Part shown: piece by piece, positions 54,739 through 61,920 of the stretch
Layout of the letters: each line of letters begins with the position of its first letter
Numbering within the stretch: position 1 is the first letter of the stretch
DNA from: a virus
Lineage: Duplodnaviria; Caudoviricetes
Virus record (IMG/VR): IMGVR_UViG_3300044833_000104
Location: 1 to 61,920 of that record
Length of the DNA: 61,920 bases
Direction: 5' to 3' (one strand)
Translations under genes and position numbers: made by a program
The notes under the pieces: model-generated
What the model was told of the DNA's origin: nothing
Databases searched by the model: none
What the model saw: the letters and a program-made list of their open reading frames with translations, nothing else

Positions 54739-55044
54739 CTACTGCAGAGCGATGCTTTGACTCTGCTCACTCACTAATCTTGCCGTGCAATCAATCGGTG
54801 TTGAATTGACAACCTTTTCCAAGTCCATCAAGTGCGGCTGGCTATCGGGACGCCGCGTGTATCTCGCCAGAAAAGCCTCAGGTGTTTCAATCAACTCGGC
54901 GGTATTCTCGTCAATCCAAGCCATCTCACCACGAGCCACCGCCAGATTTACTTTGCTGCGAGTGAAGTGAGGATGTGTCAGGCATCCTGGCTTCTTGCGA
55001 TGATCTCGCGCCATGCTTGCCGTCAATACACACACTTTACGCAT
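54739..55044 (-). CDS. Hypothetical protein
   Basis: ORF track; AVARGEMAW segment. Confidence 0.55.
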   Translation of the reverse strand: MRKVCVLTASMARDHRKKPGCLTHPHFTRSKVNLAVARGEMAWIDENTAELIETPEAFLARYTRRPDSQPHLMDLEKVVNSTPIDCTARLVSEQSQSIALQ

Positions 55045-55118
55045 AGTCTGGTTTCACGGTTCGGGTTTGAATATAACACGGTGCACCGGAAATGGTGCAA
55101 TAGTTTATTTCTGGGCCG

Positions 55119-55343
55119 CTAATACTTGCCGTTGATATCGCGGAGCCAGAACAATTGCTTGACGCTGACCCAGTTGGAATTGGCTATCTTGGTGACGAAG
55201 TCTGATTCACTACGGGTCATCTCGGCGCGGATTTCTGTCAGTCGCGAGACGATGCGGTCCTTCTCGGCCATGCGCTCATCCTGCGTCAGTGTGCATTCGC
55301 TCAGATCGTTGTCTCCCATCGCTCTCTCCCTTAGTATTCCCAC
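55119..55343 (-). CDS. Hypothetical protein
   Basis: ORF track; SVKQLFWLRDI. Confidence 0.55.
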   Translation of the reverse strand: MGILRERAMGDNDLSECTLTQDERMAEKDRIVSRLTEIRAEMTRSESDFVTKIANSNWVSVKQLFWLRDINGKY

Positions 55344-55669
55344 TCTGGCGCTAATCCACTTTTACAGCGACCGCAAGTTAGGTCAGACTCTTTCAGTTCA
55401 ACATCGGCCCAAATGATCATCGGACGACCGCAGTCTTTGCAGTGAATCTGATCTATCGGGCGGTCTTCATCCTCTATGGGATCTTCATCTTCATCTTCAT
55501 CATCCCGCAACTGATCGTCGCAATCGCACGGGCGTTCTTCGCAGCAAAACTCGCACCAATCGCCCTCGTCCTCGACGTCGGGGTCATCGCAGCATTCGCA
55601 GTAGCATCCATTGCCGGAGCATCCGGAACACATGCCGCTAAAACATGCCGGGCACAAAGCGCCGATCAT
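55331..55669 (-). CDS. Cys/Asp-rich small protein
   Basis: Multiple CxxC motifs and an acidic tract. Confidence 0.55.
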   Translation of the reverse strand: MIGALCPACFSGMCSGCSGNGCYCECCDDPDVEDEGDWCEFCCEERPCDCDDQLRDDEDEDEDPIEDEDRPIDQIHCKDCGRPMIIWADVELKESDLTCGRCKSGLAPEWEY

Positions 55670-55863
55670 CGTTCGCTCCTGTGCTTGGTGGCGTTGGTGG
55701 CCTTCACTGCGTCGCCCTTATGCTCTTTGCAGTATCCGATGTTGTGCTTGGTGGGGTGTCGGTAGAGCGCAGGCTTGCCGCAGTGGCAGGTCTCGGGGTC
55801 ATGGCGCCGCTTTCCATTCCTATTCAATACGTCCATTTCGTTTCCCTCTGTTGAATTGGCCAA
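55666..55863 (-). CDS. Small zinc-finger protein
   Basis: CHCG..YCKEH. Confidence 0.5.
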   Translation of the reverse strand: MANSTEGNEMDVLNRNGKRRHDPETCHCGKPALYRHPTKHNIGYCKEHKGDAVKATNATKHRSER

Positions 55864-55940
55864 TGAGATTTGTTTTTGAAGTGCCGACGCTATGGAAGCC
55901 GTCGGCGCTCAAGGGGCTATGGGTTCTGCGTTGCGTTGGG

Positions 55941-56345
55941 TTAGGCGGTGGTAGTGGTGTCGCTCGTGGTGGTGGTCGCCGGTGCCGGTGCCGCAGCCTT
56001 CAGGCCAGCATCGACCGAAGACAGCGAAGCGTTGATGGCCTGAGCGGTCGCGAGAGGGCCGCTGAGATCAACTCCGGGGTTGGCTGCCTGCGCTGCCGCA
56101 AGTGCGGCTTCGAGGGCTTGGGCGTCGGCTGCAAGTCCGGTAACGGTGGTCTGAATACCGGCGAGGGCTGTGTTGAGGTCGTCAAGCTGGGACATGATAT
56201 TCTCCTGGTTGTTCAAAATCAGGCGTAGCAGCCGCAGTGTTTCTTTCTCCGCTGCGCTGCAGTGCTCCTCGAATATTTCGATTAGGCTCACTGGTCTGCC
56301 TCCTGTGCCGCTCACAGTACAACAAGTCGTGCAGGTTTTATTCAT
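55941..56345 (-). CDS. Ala-rich coiled-coil protein (possible internal start at 56195)
   Basis: MSQLDDLNTALAGIQTTV preceded by CAGGAG. Confidence 0.6.
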   Translation of the reverse strand: MNKTCTTCCTVSGTGGRPVSLIEIFEEHCSAAEKETLRLLRLILNNQENIMSQLDDLNTALAGIQTTVTGLAADAQALEAALAAAQAANPGVDLSGPLATAQAINASLSSVDAGLKAAAPAPATTTTSDTTTTA

Positions 56346-56730
56346 GCGGCGGGAATTTCCAGTGGATGATGTCGCCGCTGAATGGGAGCCGCTCTACCGG
56401 CCAAAATCGCATCATCGCAAATAGGTCCGCAAAACCATCACGCACCGCCAAAGCCTGCATCTCATCTGCCGCAAGCACTTCCCCGTCGACGGTGATGCGG
56501 TGGTGGTTGCGCTCACGAGGGCCAGCCTTTACCAGTTCAATCGTGATGTCCTGTACGCGCGTGATGGTTGACTGGATCACCTTGCGGCACTGCTTCGTCC
56601 GCATGGCGTAGTAGCCGTAGAACGTCTGTCCAGGCTTGGGGCGGTTCTGACGCTTGCCGCGGATGGTGTGCGTCTTGGCCCCACTCTCTACGAATGGCAC
56701 AAACTGCTTCTGGAAGCTGTAGGCTGGCAT
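56338..56730 (-). CDS. ASCH-domain protein
   Basis: SFQKQF..VESGAKTHTIR, LAVRDGF. Confidence 0.75.
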   Translation of the reverse strand: MPAYSFQKQFVPFVESGAKTHTIRGKRQNRPKPGQTFYGYYAMRTKQCRKVIQSTITRVQDITIELVKAGPRERNHHRITVDGEVLAADEMQALAVRDGFADLFAMMRFWPVERLPFSGDIIHWKFPPHE

Positions 56731-57020
56731 TATGCTGCCTCCGCGAACAATTCGAAGATGTGCCAGACGAACACACGATCAAACACTGTGCCCAAATAGC
56801 AGGGGTTCTTTGGCAGGCAGTGACCGGTTCCAGCGATATGAAAACGCCGCTCGATCGGCGCAGCATCAGCATCGATGAGGCACCAGAGGGTGACGACACC
56901 GTTCTGCATCCCAACGTGTTGTATGCCCGTCGACGGCGGAATTTGCCTGCTTACCGTGTCATCGAAGACGACGCCATTTACATCGAACAGTGGGTATTTG
57001 TACATCCTCAGATCAGCCAT
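56730..57020 (-). CDS. Hypothetical phage protein
   Basis: YKYPL..LWCLID..GTGH..YLGTV..VWHIFE. Confidence 0.7.
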   Translation of the reverse strand: MADLRMYKYPLFDVNGVVFDDTVSRQIPPSTGIQHVGMQNGVVTLWCLIDADAAPIERRFHIAGTGHCLPKNPCYLGTVFDRVFVWHIFELFAEAA

Positions 57021-57667
57021 TACGCCGCCTCTTTCTTGAATCCCTCAGCCTTGCGCTTCGTGTACAGTTCCACCCACTTCCGCTCGATCTTCTCCCCAGC
57101 AACTGCACGGAAGGATTCCAACTCGTCCAACTCCTCCGGCGGCCGAGTCAGGTCCAACGCAGGATGCGCCCAAACTGCCTCGAGCCCGGCGCGCGCGCTT
57201 CCGTAGCCCATGTCGCACAGCGTCGCCATGACGAGGTCCGGGAAGACTGGAGGCTCCACAGGTGGGTTGCCGCGGTTGGTGAGCTTGCGGCCATGCCGGC
57301 GCTGCGCGATGATCAGCTTGCGGAACCACTCCCTGGCCTCGCATTCAAACTGCGGCTCTGAGGGTGCGCTGGCATACCGGCGAATCTCCGCGACGGTGGG
57401 GCGGAACGGCGAAGACTCCAGCACCTGCGTCAGAGCTGCATCGAAGCGCTCCTCACCGATCTCTGCCAACGTTTTGAGCCACAAGCTGAGCATGAGGTCT
57501 CTCGAAGAGGGATCGAGCGGTTGTGATTGGGTCAGCGCCTCCGCCATCGCTATCCGGCTGAGCATCCAGAGCTCGGTTGCGTCTGAGGGCGAGAGTTGCG
57601 TTTGTGCTGTCGGCGATATCCGCCGCTCGGTTCGGTTTTCCATTGCTGCCTCCGGGTTGATTTCCAA
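57020..57667 (-). CDS. Putative helicase loader / replication partner
   Basis: PFRPTVAEIRR; directly downstream of the initiator. Confidence 0.6.
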   Translation of the reverse strand: MEINPEAAMENRTERRISPTAQTQLSPSDATELWMLSRIAMAEALTQSQPLDPSSRDLMLSLWLKTLAEIGEERFDAALTQVLESSPFRPTVAEIRRYASAPSEPQFECEAREWFRKLIIAQRRHGRKLTNRGNPPVEPPVFPDLVMATLCDMGYGSARAGLEAVWAHPALDLTRPPEELDELESFRAVAGEKIERKWVELYTKRKAEGFKKEAA

Positions 57668-58454
57668 ACTTGTCAGTGCGGGCCGAGGCCCAATTCAAGG
57701 CGCGGCCCACCCATGCGCTCAACGGGTCCGAGTGCGAGACTGGACTGTTGGCGCGGTTATTCAAAAGCGTTTTCCATTGCTCGAGCGTGAACTTTGGGTT
57801 TTTCTTCAGAAATGCGCTGAGCCTTCCCGCCTCCTGGCCATCCCACGGCTCTTCGCTCAGAGTCGGGTTTTTGTGGAGAAAATACTTCCGGAACGCATCG
57901 CGGAACTCCTGATGCCGAGGATCAGGCACCTTCGCCGGCTTCTTCACTCGCTCGCCGACAGGCGGGTGAGAAGGTTTTTGCTCTTGGGGTTGTTGCTCTT
58001 CCACGAAAGCAGAAACAGAGACAGAAACAGAAGGCTTTATTTTCGTGGTGTTTGGCTTTTGTTTGGGTTCCGTTTCTAAACCCGTGGCTTTATTTTCAAA
58101 ACCCAACGCTTTTTTAGGACGTCCACCAAGCCTGCCATTGCCTGACTGTTTCGCGCTGAACTCAGCCTGCTTTTCAGCCTCGCGGATCATCCGAATGTTG
58201 GCGCGCAGACCGGACTCGACGATGGGGAATTTACCTAAAAGCATCTCGCGGCTGATAGCCCACTGCTCGGGGCTCATCCGTGCCCAGCGGCGTAGCTTGT
58301 TCTCGTCATCCGGCAAGTAACCGTGGCGGTCCTGCTGCCATGCGATGCACAGCAATAGCGTGTAGGCTCCCACCTCGTTCAAGTCCATCGACTGAACGTC
58401 TGGCGAAGCCATGAAATCACCTGGATAGAAACGAAAAGCCGGTGACTTACCCAT
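57453..58454 (-). CDS. Replication initiator, YdaU/DUF1376-like
   Basis: PAFRFYPGDF..EVGAYTLLL, NGRLGGRPKK; internal AT-rich repeats. Confidence 0.8.
   Translation of the reverse strand: MGKSPAFRFYPGDFMASPDVQSMDLNEVGAYTLLLCIAWQQDRHGYLPDDENKLRRWARMSPEQWAISREMLLGKFPIVESGLRANIRMIREAEKQAEFSAKQSGNGRLGGRPKKALGFENKATGLETEPKQKPNTTKIKPSVSVSVSAFVEEQQPQEQKPSHPPVGERVKKPAKVPDPRHQEFRDAFRKYFLHKNPTLSEEPWDGQEAGRLSAFLKKNPKFTLEQWKTLLNNRANSPVSHSDPLSAWVGRALNWASARTDKFGNQPGGSNGKPNRAADIADSTNATLALRRNRALDAQPDSDGGGADPITTARSLFERPHAQLVAQNVGRDR
58010..58115. other. Candidate replication origin inside the initiator gene
   Basis: AT-rich; GGCTTTATTTTC twice (58032, 58086) and CAGAAACAGA repeats. Confidence 0.4.
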
Positions 58455-58845
58455 CGACGTCCAACCCTTCCAAATCTTCTTCACCCATCAACATCTCCAT
58501 CGGCTCATCCATCGACACCCGCGGCGCTATCAGGAACCGTTGCGCGCCTGGAACCCGTGTGAACATCCCCCGAGCCTTCATGCCGCCGTCCATGACCGTC
58601 TGGGAGTTGCCGTAGACCATGGGCTTCAAGATCACCGATCGAGCGTCCGGGGTCATAGCCCGCAACCGGTCCTCGCCTCCAAGTCTCCGCAACCGGCGGA
58701 AGGGGATGCCGAGCTCTTCGGCGTAGAGGCGTGCGGAGCTAATTGCGGGGCCAACTCCTAAGCACTTCTTGCACCCACGCGTGGTTCTAGCGTCCATCAA
58801 GCCATCACAGTGGGGGCACTTTATCTTCTGGGAGGGGTGGGGCAT
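58447..58845 (-). CDS. Hypothetical zinc-finger protein
   Basis: CPHC..CKKC; TAATG-coupled. Confidence 0.55.
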   Translation of the reverse strand: MPHPSQKIKCPHCDGLMDARTTRGCKKCLGVGPAISSARLYAEELGIPFRRLRRLGGEDRLRAMTPDARSVILKPMVYGNSQTVMDGGMKARGMFTRVPGAQRFLIAPRVSMDEPMEMLMGEEDLEGLDVDG

Positions 58846-59900
58846 TAGGCGGGCACCTCGGCGAAATCTGAAGCTGTGAAGAAAAGGCCCTGCGCTGGCT
58901 TCAGGCATGCGGGGCTGAACCAGATGCGTTCACGCCCAGCATTCTCTCTGCCGGTTCCTTCGCCCTGTGAGCCATAGCCGCCGCGAGACTTCCACGCGAC
59001 ACACTCCCAGCTATCCGGCATGTCGTGCTCGCCGTCATAGCCGCACAGCGCAATGCGCAGATCCCGGTGGCTTCCGTTCTCTATCGCCCAGCGGCGGACC
59101 TCATGAGCGACGTCTGATGAGTCCGAGGCGTAGAGGTCATCCTGCCGCCCGGCGGTGTCGGCGTAAGGCGGATCGAGGAAGACACCCGTGATGCCATGCT
59201 TGAAAGTCACAGAAGGGCCGCAGATGCGTTCCCAGTTGCCACAGCACACTCGCACCTTGCGAAGTCTGTCGGCGAGCTGTTGCATGTAGGCCAAGAGAGG
59301 CGTTCCCGAGGTGCGGTCGCTTACGCATGCTTCCACGCCCGTGCCCGCGTCCCCGAGGTGAGGTAGCTGCCTGTTTACTCCTCGGCCCGCGTCCCCGAGG
59401 TGAGGTAGCTTACGGTGTACGCCCGTGCCCGCGTCCCCGAGGTGAGGTAGCTGCCTGTTTACTCCTCGGCCCGCGTCCCCGAGGTGAGGTAGCTGCACCG
59501 AGCACCATCCCGATCCAATCCATATGCACTGTCCCCATACCCACCAGCCTGCAATCTTCGCATCGTAAAACTCCGGTTCCACCTTCATTCGTTCGCGAAA
59601 CTCTTCCTGTCCGCAAAGCCATAAATGCCGCGCGTGCTGATCCGCCTCGTTCACTGGGCTATCGGCATACTCCGCGACTGCCTCGGGGTCATGCTGCAGC
59701 GCCCTCCAAAAGTTGGCCACCATGCAATCCAAGTCGTTGACGGTCTCTATGCCGCGTTGGCTCTCGCGTCCCAACAGCACCGCGCCAGAGCCAAAGAAGG
59801 GCTCGACGTAATTGGGAACGTCACCAAGGCGCGACCAAACAAGATCGCTGACGCGAGATTTTCCTCCGAACCAAGGAAACGGGGCCTTGAGAAGGCTCAC
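58845..59900 (-). CDS. DNA adenine methyltransferase (Dam/D12 class)
   Basis: PFPWFGGKS, YVEPFFGSGAV, ETVNDLD, FLDPPY. Confidence 0.92.
   Translation of the reverse strand: MSLLKAPFPWFGGKSRVSDLVWSRLGDVPNYVEPFFGSGAVLLGRESQRGIETVNDLDCMVANFWRALQHDPEAVAEYADSPVNEADQHARHLWLCGQEEFRERMKVEPEFYDAKIAGWWVWGQCIWIGSGWCSVQLPHLGDAGRGVNRQLPHLGDAGTGVHRKLPHLGDAGRGVNRQLPHLGDAGTGVEACVSDRTSGTPLLAYMQQLADRLRKVRVCCGNWERICGPSVTFKHGITGVFLDPPYADTAGRQDDLYASDSSDVAHEVRRWAIENGSHRDLRIALCGYDGEHDMPDSWECVAWKSRGGYGSQGEGTGRENAGRERIWFSPACLKPAQGLFFTASDFAEVPA
59335..59495. repeat. In-frame tandem repeat, 4 x 42 bp (2 x 84 bp), within the MTase
   Basis: QLPHLGDAGRGVNR / QLPHLGDAGTGVHR / KLPHLGDAGRGVNR / QLPHLGDAGTGVE. Confidence 0.95.
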
Positions 59901-60226
59901 GCCGTCACCTCGAGATACTCAACCGGTATGCCGAGTTCATGGGCGATGGCAATCTCAGCGGCAACGCCTCGGCTCACGGTCCAGCCGTCCATCATTGCGA
60001 CGATGACCTTGGAGCTTGCGGCAATGAACTCATGATCAAACTGCTTCCAGTAGTCCCAGCAGCGCGGAAGTTCACACCGGACGGCTATCGGATGGGTGTG
60101 CGCAATGGGACAGAAGATGACAAGGCCCGTCGCCATCAGACGCCCGGCGATCCGGCATACTTCATCGAACCGGCGCTCCTCGACAGCGTGGTCGGGGCGA
60201 GAGTAAGGGCTTGCGAGATAGATCAC
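59897..60226 (-). CDS. DUF1937 / nucleoside 2-deoxyribosyltransferase-like protein
   Basis: IYLASPYS, FCPIAHTH, GWTVSRGVAAEI. Confidence 0.8.
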   Translation of the reverse strand: MIYLASPYSRPDHAVEERRFDEVCRIAGRLMATGLVIFCPIAHTHPIAVRCELPRCWDYWKQFDHEFIAASSKVIVAMMDGWTVSRGVAAEIAIAHELGIPVEYLEVTA

Positions 60227-60603
60227 GCAGCCTCCCGCTTCTCGCCCACGACCATGCAAATCTCAATGACCAACCGTGTCTGCACCTCATCGAAGAAGCC
60301 GATATGGCAGTCCCTCGGGTCGATCCCTATCTCTTGCGCAAGCCAGCGGTAAGCGGCTTTCCTTGTGGGATCGGGCGGCCAACCGTTCGCAGGCCCAACC
60401 ATCCCCCATAGTTGGTTGAAGGCGACGTAAGCGCGCTTCTGCAGCCCTCGCAGCGATTCCTTTGCCAGCCGCCCCATCGGCTTGAGCGTTGGGCTTCCCG
60501 GATAAATCTTCACCCAGGCCCTACAGCGACGGCATGACCACTTTCCATCCCCGAACTCCGCGGGGTCGTTGCAGTAGGGGCACCGTGGCTCCGCAAGGCT
60601 CAT
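60223..60603 (-). CDS. Zinc-finger protein (DUF3268-like)
   Basis: CPYC..CRRCRAWV..PMGRLA..AYRWLA..CHIGFFD. Confidence 0.78.
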   Translation of the reverse strand: MSLAEPRCPYCNDPAEFGDGKWSCRRCRAWVKIYPGSPTLKPMGRLAKESLRGLQKRAYVAFNQLWGMVGPANGWPPDPTRKAAYRWLAQEIGIDPRDCHIGFFDEVQTRLVIEICMVVGEKREAA

Positions 60604-60785
60604 CGGCCACCGGCCTTCGTAAGCCAGCGCTCAAACTGTTTCTTCTCAATAAAATCGCGTAGCCGCAGGCAAACGAAGGGCAACCCAATGACGCAAAGGG
60701 CTGCGCAGAACAACGCAAGGTCCAAATACATGTTGAGTCCGCTCCAAGGTCGGTGAGAACAGACACTAGCACCGATGATGGACAT
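60600..60785 (-). CDS. Small membrane protein
   Basis: First gene of the leftward arm; one TM segment. Confidence 0.45.
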   Translation of the reverse strand: MSIIGASVCSHRPWSGLNMYLDLALFCAALCVIGLPFVCLRLRDFIEKKQFERWLTKAGGR

Positions 60786-60848
60786 ATTTCAACAAAATTA
60801 TCTCGACATAATTATGTCGTTGACATATCGCATCAGTTTGGGCAATAG
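60781..60848. promoter_or_regulatory. Divergent promoter region with a perfect 16-bp operator
   Basis: CGACATAATTATGTCG at 60804-60819 abutting TTGACA (60820-60825); extra GACATA half-sites at 60781 and 60822. Confidence 0.8.
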
Positions 60849-61094
60849 TTGGCACTCGGAGAAAACCCCATTCCAATCCAGTCACACCCCGACCCGTTCG
60901 AGCGCCACTACACCCCGCAGGAGTTGGGCGAGCTGTGGAGATTCGAAGAGACCACCATCCGCCGCATGTTCCTCGACGAGCCCGGCGTCCTCAAAGTGGG
61001 AAAACAAGGGCGCAGGGATGGAAAGCGAGACTATGTCAGCATTCGCATCCCCGCCTCAATTGCGCAGAAAGTCTATGAACGAAGAACGAGATAG
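60849..61094 (+). CDS. xis: Excisionase-like HTH protein
   Basis: HYTPQELGELWRFEETTIRRMF..SIRIP; directly upstream of int. Confidence 0.78.
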   Translation: MALGENPIPIQSHPDPFERHYTPQELGELWRFEETTIRRMFLDEPGVLKVGKQGRRDGKRDYVSIRIPASIAQKVYERRTR

Positions 61095-61095
61095 A

Positions 61096-61920
61096 ATGGC
61101 CGCCATGCTTACCATCTGGCGAAGGCACACCTCTTCCTGCCGCTTCAGCGGCAAGGGCAGAGACTACCTCAAATGCGATTGCCCGCTCTGGGCGGATGGC
61201 TATGTCGACGGCAAGCGCGTCTTACGCAGATCGCTGGGCACAAGAGATATGGCGCGTGCACGCAAGAAGGCCGTGGCGCTCGAGTCGCCGGACAGCCGGA
61301 TCTACAAGTCTGTAGCGGACGCGGTCGACAGCTTCCTCGACCATTGCCAGAGTGAGGGCCTAACCTTCGCGACATATCGGAGATACCGGAACGCCCTGAC
61401 GAAGCTGCGAGAGTTCTGCGCCGACCGCAACGCCGACAGCCTCAACGAATTGGATACGGAGATACTTGATGCGTTTCGCGCGAACCGCAAGTTGAAGCCG
61501 ATCACCTCTTCAAAGGAACTCCAGATACTTCGTCAGTTCTGCGGTTTCTGCGCCGACCGCCGCTGGATGGAAGGCAACCCAGCCAAGCGCATCAAGGGGC
61601 CGCGCAACATTAGGCCCAACGATGTCGAGCCCTTTACGCCAGCGGAGATAATCCAGATCATTCAGGCGTGTGAGGCAATCGGTCAGACAGCCTATGAGCG
61701 GCTACGGGCGAAGGCGATGGTGCTTACCTTCCGCTACACGGCGCTTCGGCTTGGGGATGTGGCAATGCTGGCACGCGACCGCATCAGCAAAGACGGTAAG
61801 AGGTGGCGGATATTCCTTCGAACCGAGAAGAACGGTAAGCCCGTCTTCCTCCCCATCCCCGACGAGATGAAACGGGCGCTCGATATCGTACCGGTGCCCC
61901 GAGGATGCAAGGGAGAATCG
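61096..61920 (+). CDS. int: Tyrosine integrase, N-terminal part (runs off the end and continues at 128-448)
   Basis: Own translation: MAAMLTIWRRHTSSC..CDCPLW..RRSLGTRD, core-binding domain, RYTALRLGDV (catalytic Arg), TEKNGK. Confidence 0.93.
   Translation, partial: MAAMLTIWRRHTSSCRFSGKGRDYLKCDCPLWADGYVDGKRVLRRSLGTRDMARARKKAVALESPDSRIYKSVADAVDSFLDHCQSEGLTFATYRRYRNALTKLREFCADRNADSLNELDTEILDAFRANRKLKPITSSKELQILRQFCGFCADRRWMEGNPAKRIKGPRNIRPNDVEPFTPAEIIQIIQACEAIGQTAYERLRAKAMVLTFRYTALRLGDVAMLARDRISKDGKRWRIFLRTEKNGKPVFLPIPDEMKRALDIVPVPRGCKGES
61794..61920. repeat. Terminal direct repeat copy 2 (circular-assembly overlap)
   Basis: Identical to 1-127. Confidence 0.97.

Noticed and set aside
59335-59495. 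CRISPR-like or DGR template/variable repeat
   Set aside because: In-frame coding repeat with recurring rather than unique spacers; no reverse transcriptase in the genome
61794-61920. 127-bp terminal repeat as a biological DTR or attL/attR
   Set aside because: It falls mid-integrase and 127 is a common assembler k-mer length; the HNH-terS-terL module points to cos packaging

Overview
The window is an apparently complete, circularly assembled temperate siphovirus-type phage genome. Unique length is 61,793 bp: bases 1-127 repeat at 61794-61920 and split the integrase ORF. The host is probably an Acidobacteriota/Terriglobia-like diderm, inferred from gene style only. Layout: xis-int-attP (60.8 kb through the junction to 0.64 kb); a putative lysogeny operon (0.9-3.5 kb); a rightward early arm (3.8-21.3 kb) with many small cassette-like genes, ERF/YqaJ recombination genes, RusA, HNH-AP2 and DnaB; and a long leftward arm (60.8-21.3 kb) with an adenine MTase, replication initiator/loader, HK97-type packaging and head genes, four GT2 glycosyltransferases, a non-contractile tail, an acyltransferase moron, a secreted beta-helix protein and a GH108 lysis cassette. 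The top candidate system is at 6300-7758. It is a stand-alone RAMP/Cas7-like gene flanked by three non-coding arrays of strictly phased GGY-NN pentamers, each closed by AAGG and a hairpin, which suggests a CRISPR-independent RNA-guided system with a non-contiguous code. The second candidate is at 920-2781: an unannotated 59-aa secreted Pro/Cys peptide, a 7-TM protein, a membrane-anchored partner and a winged-helix protein. This operon sits in a phage with twin 16-bp operators but no recognisable CI, suggesting peptide-controlled lysis/lysogeny. All protein family calls come from motif recognition by eye; no database search was run.
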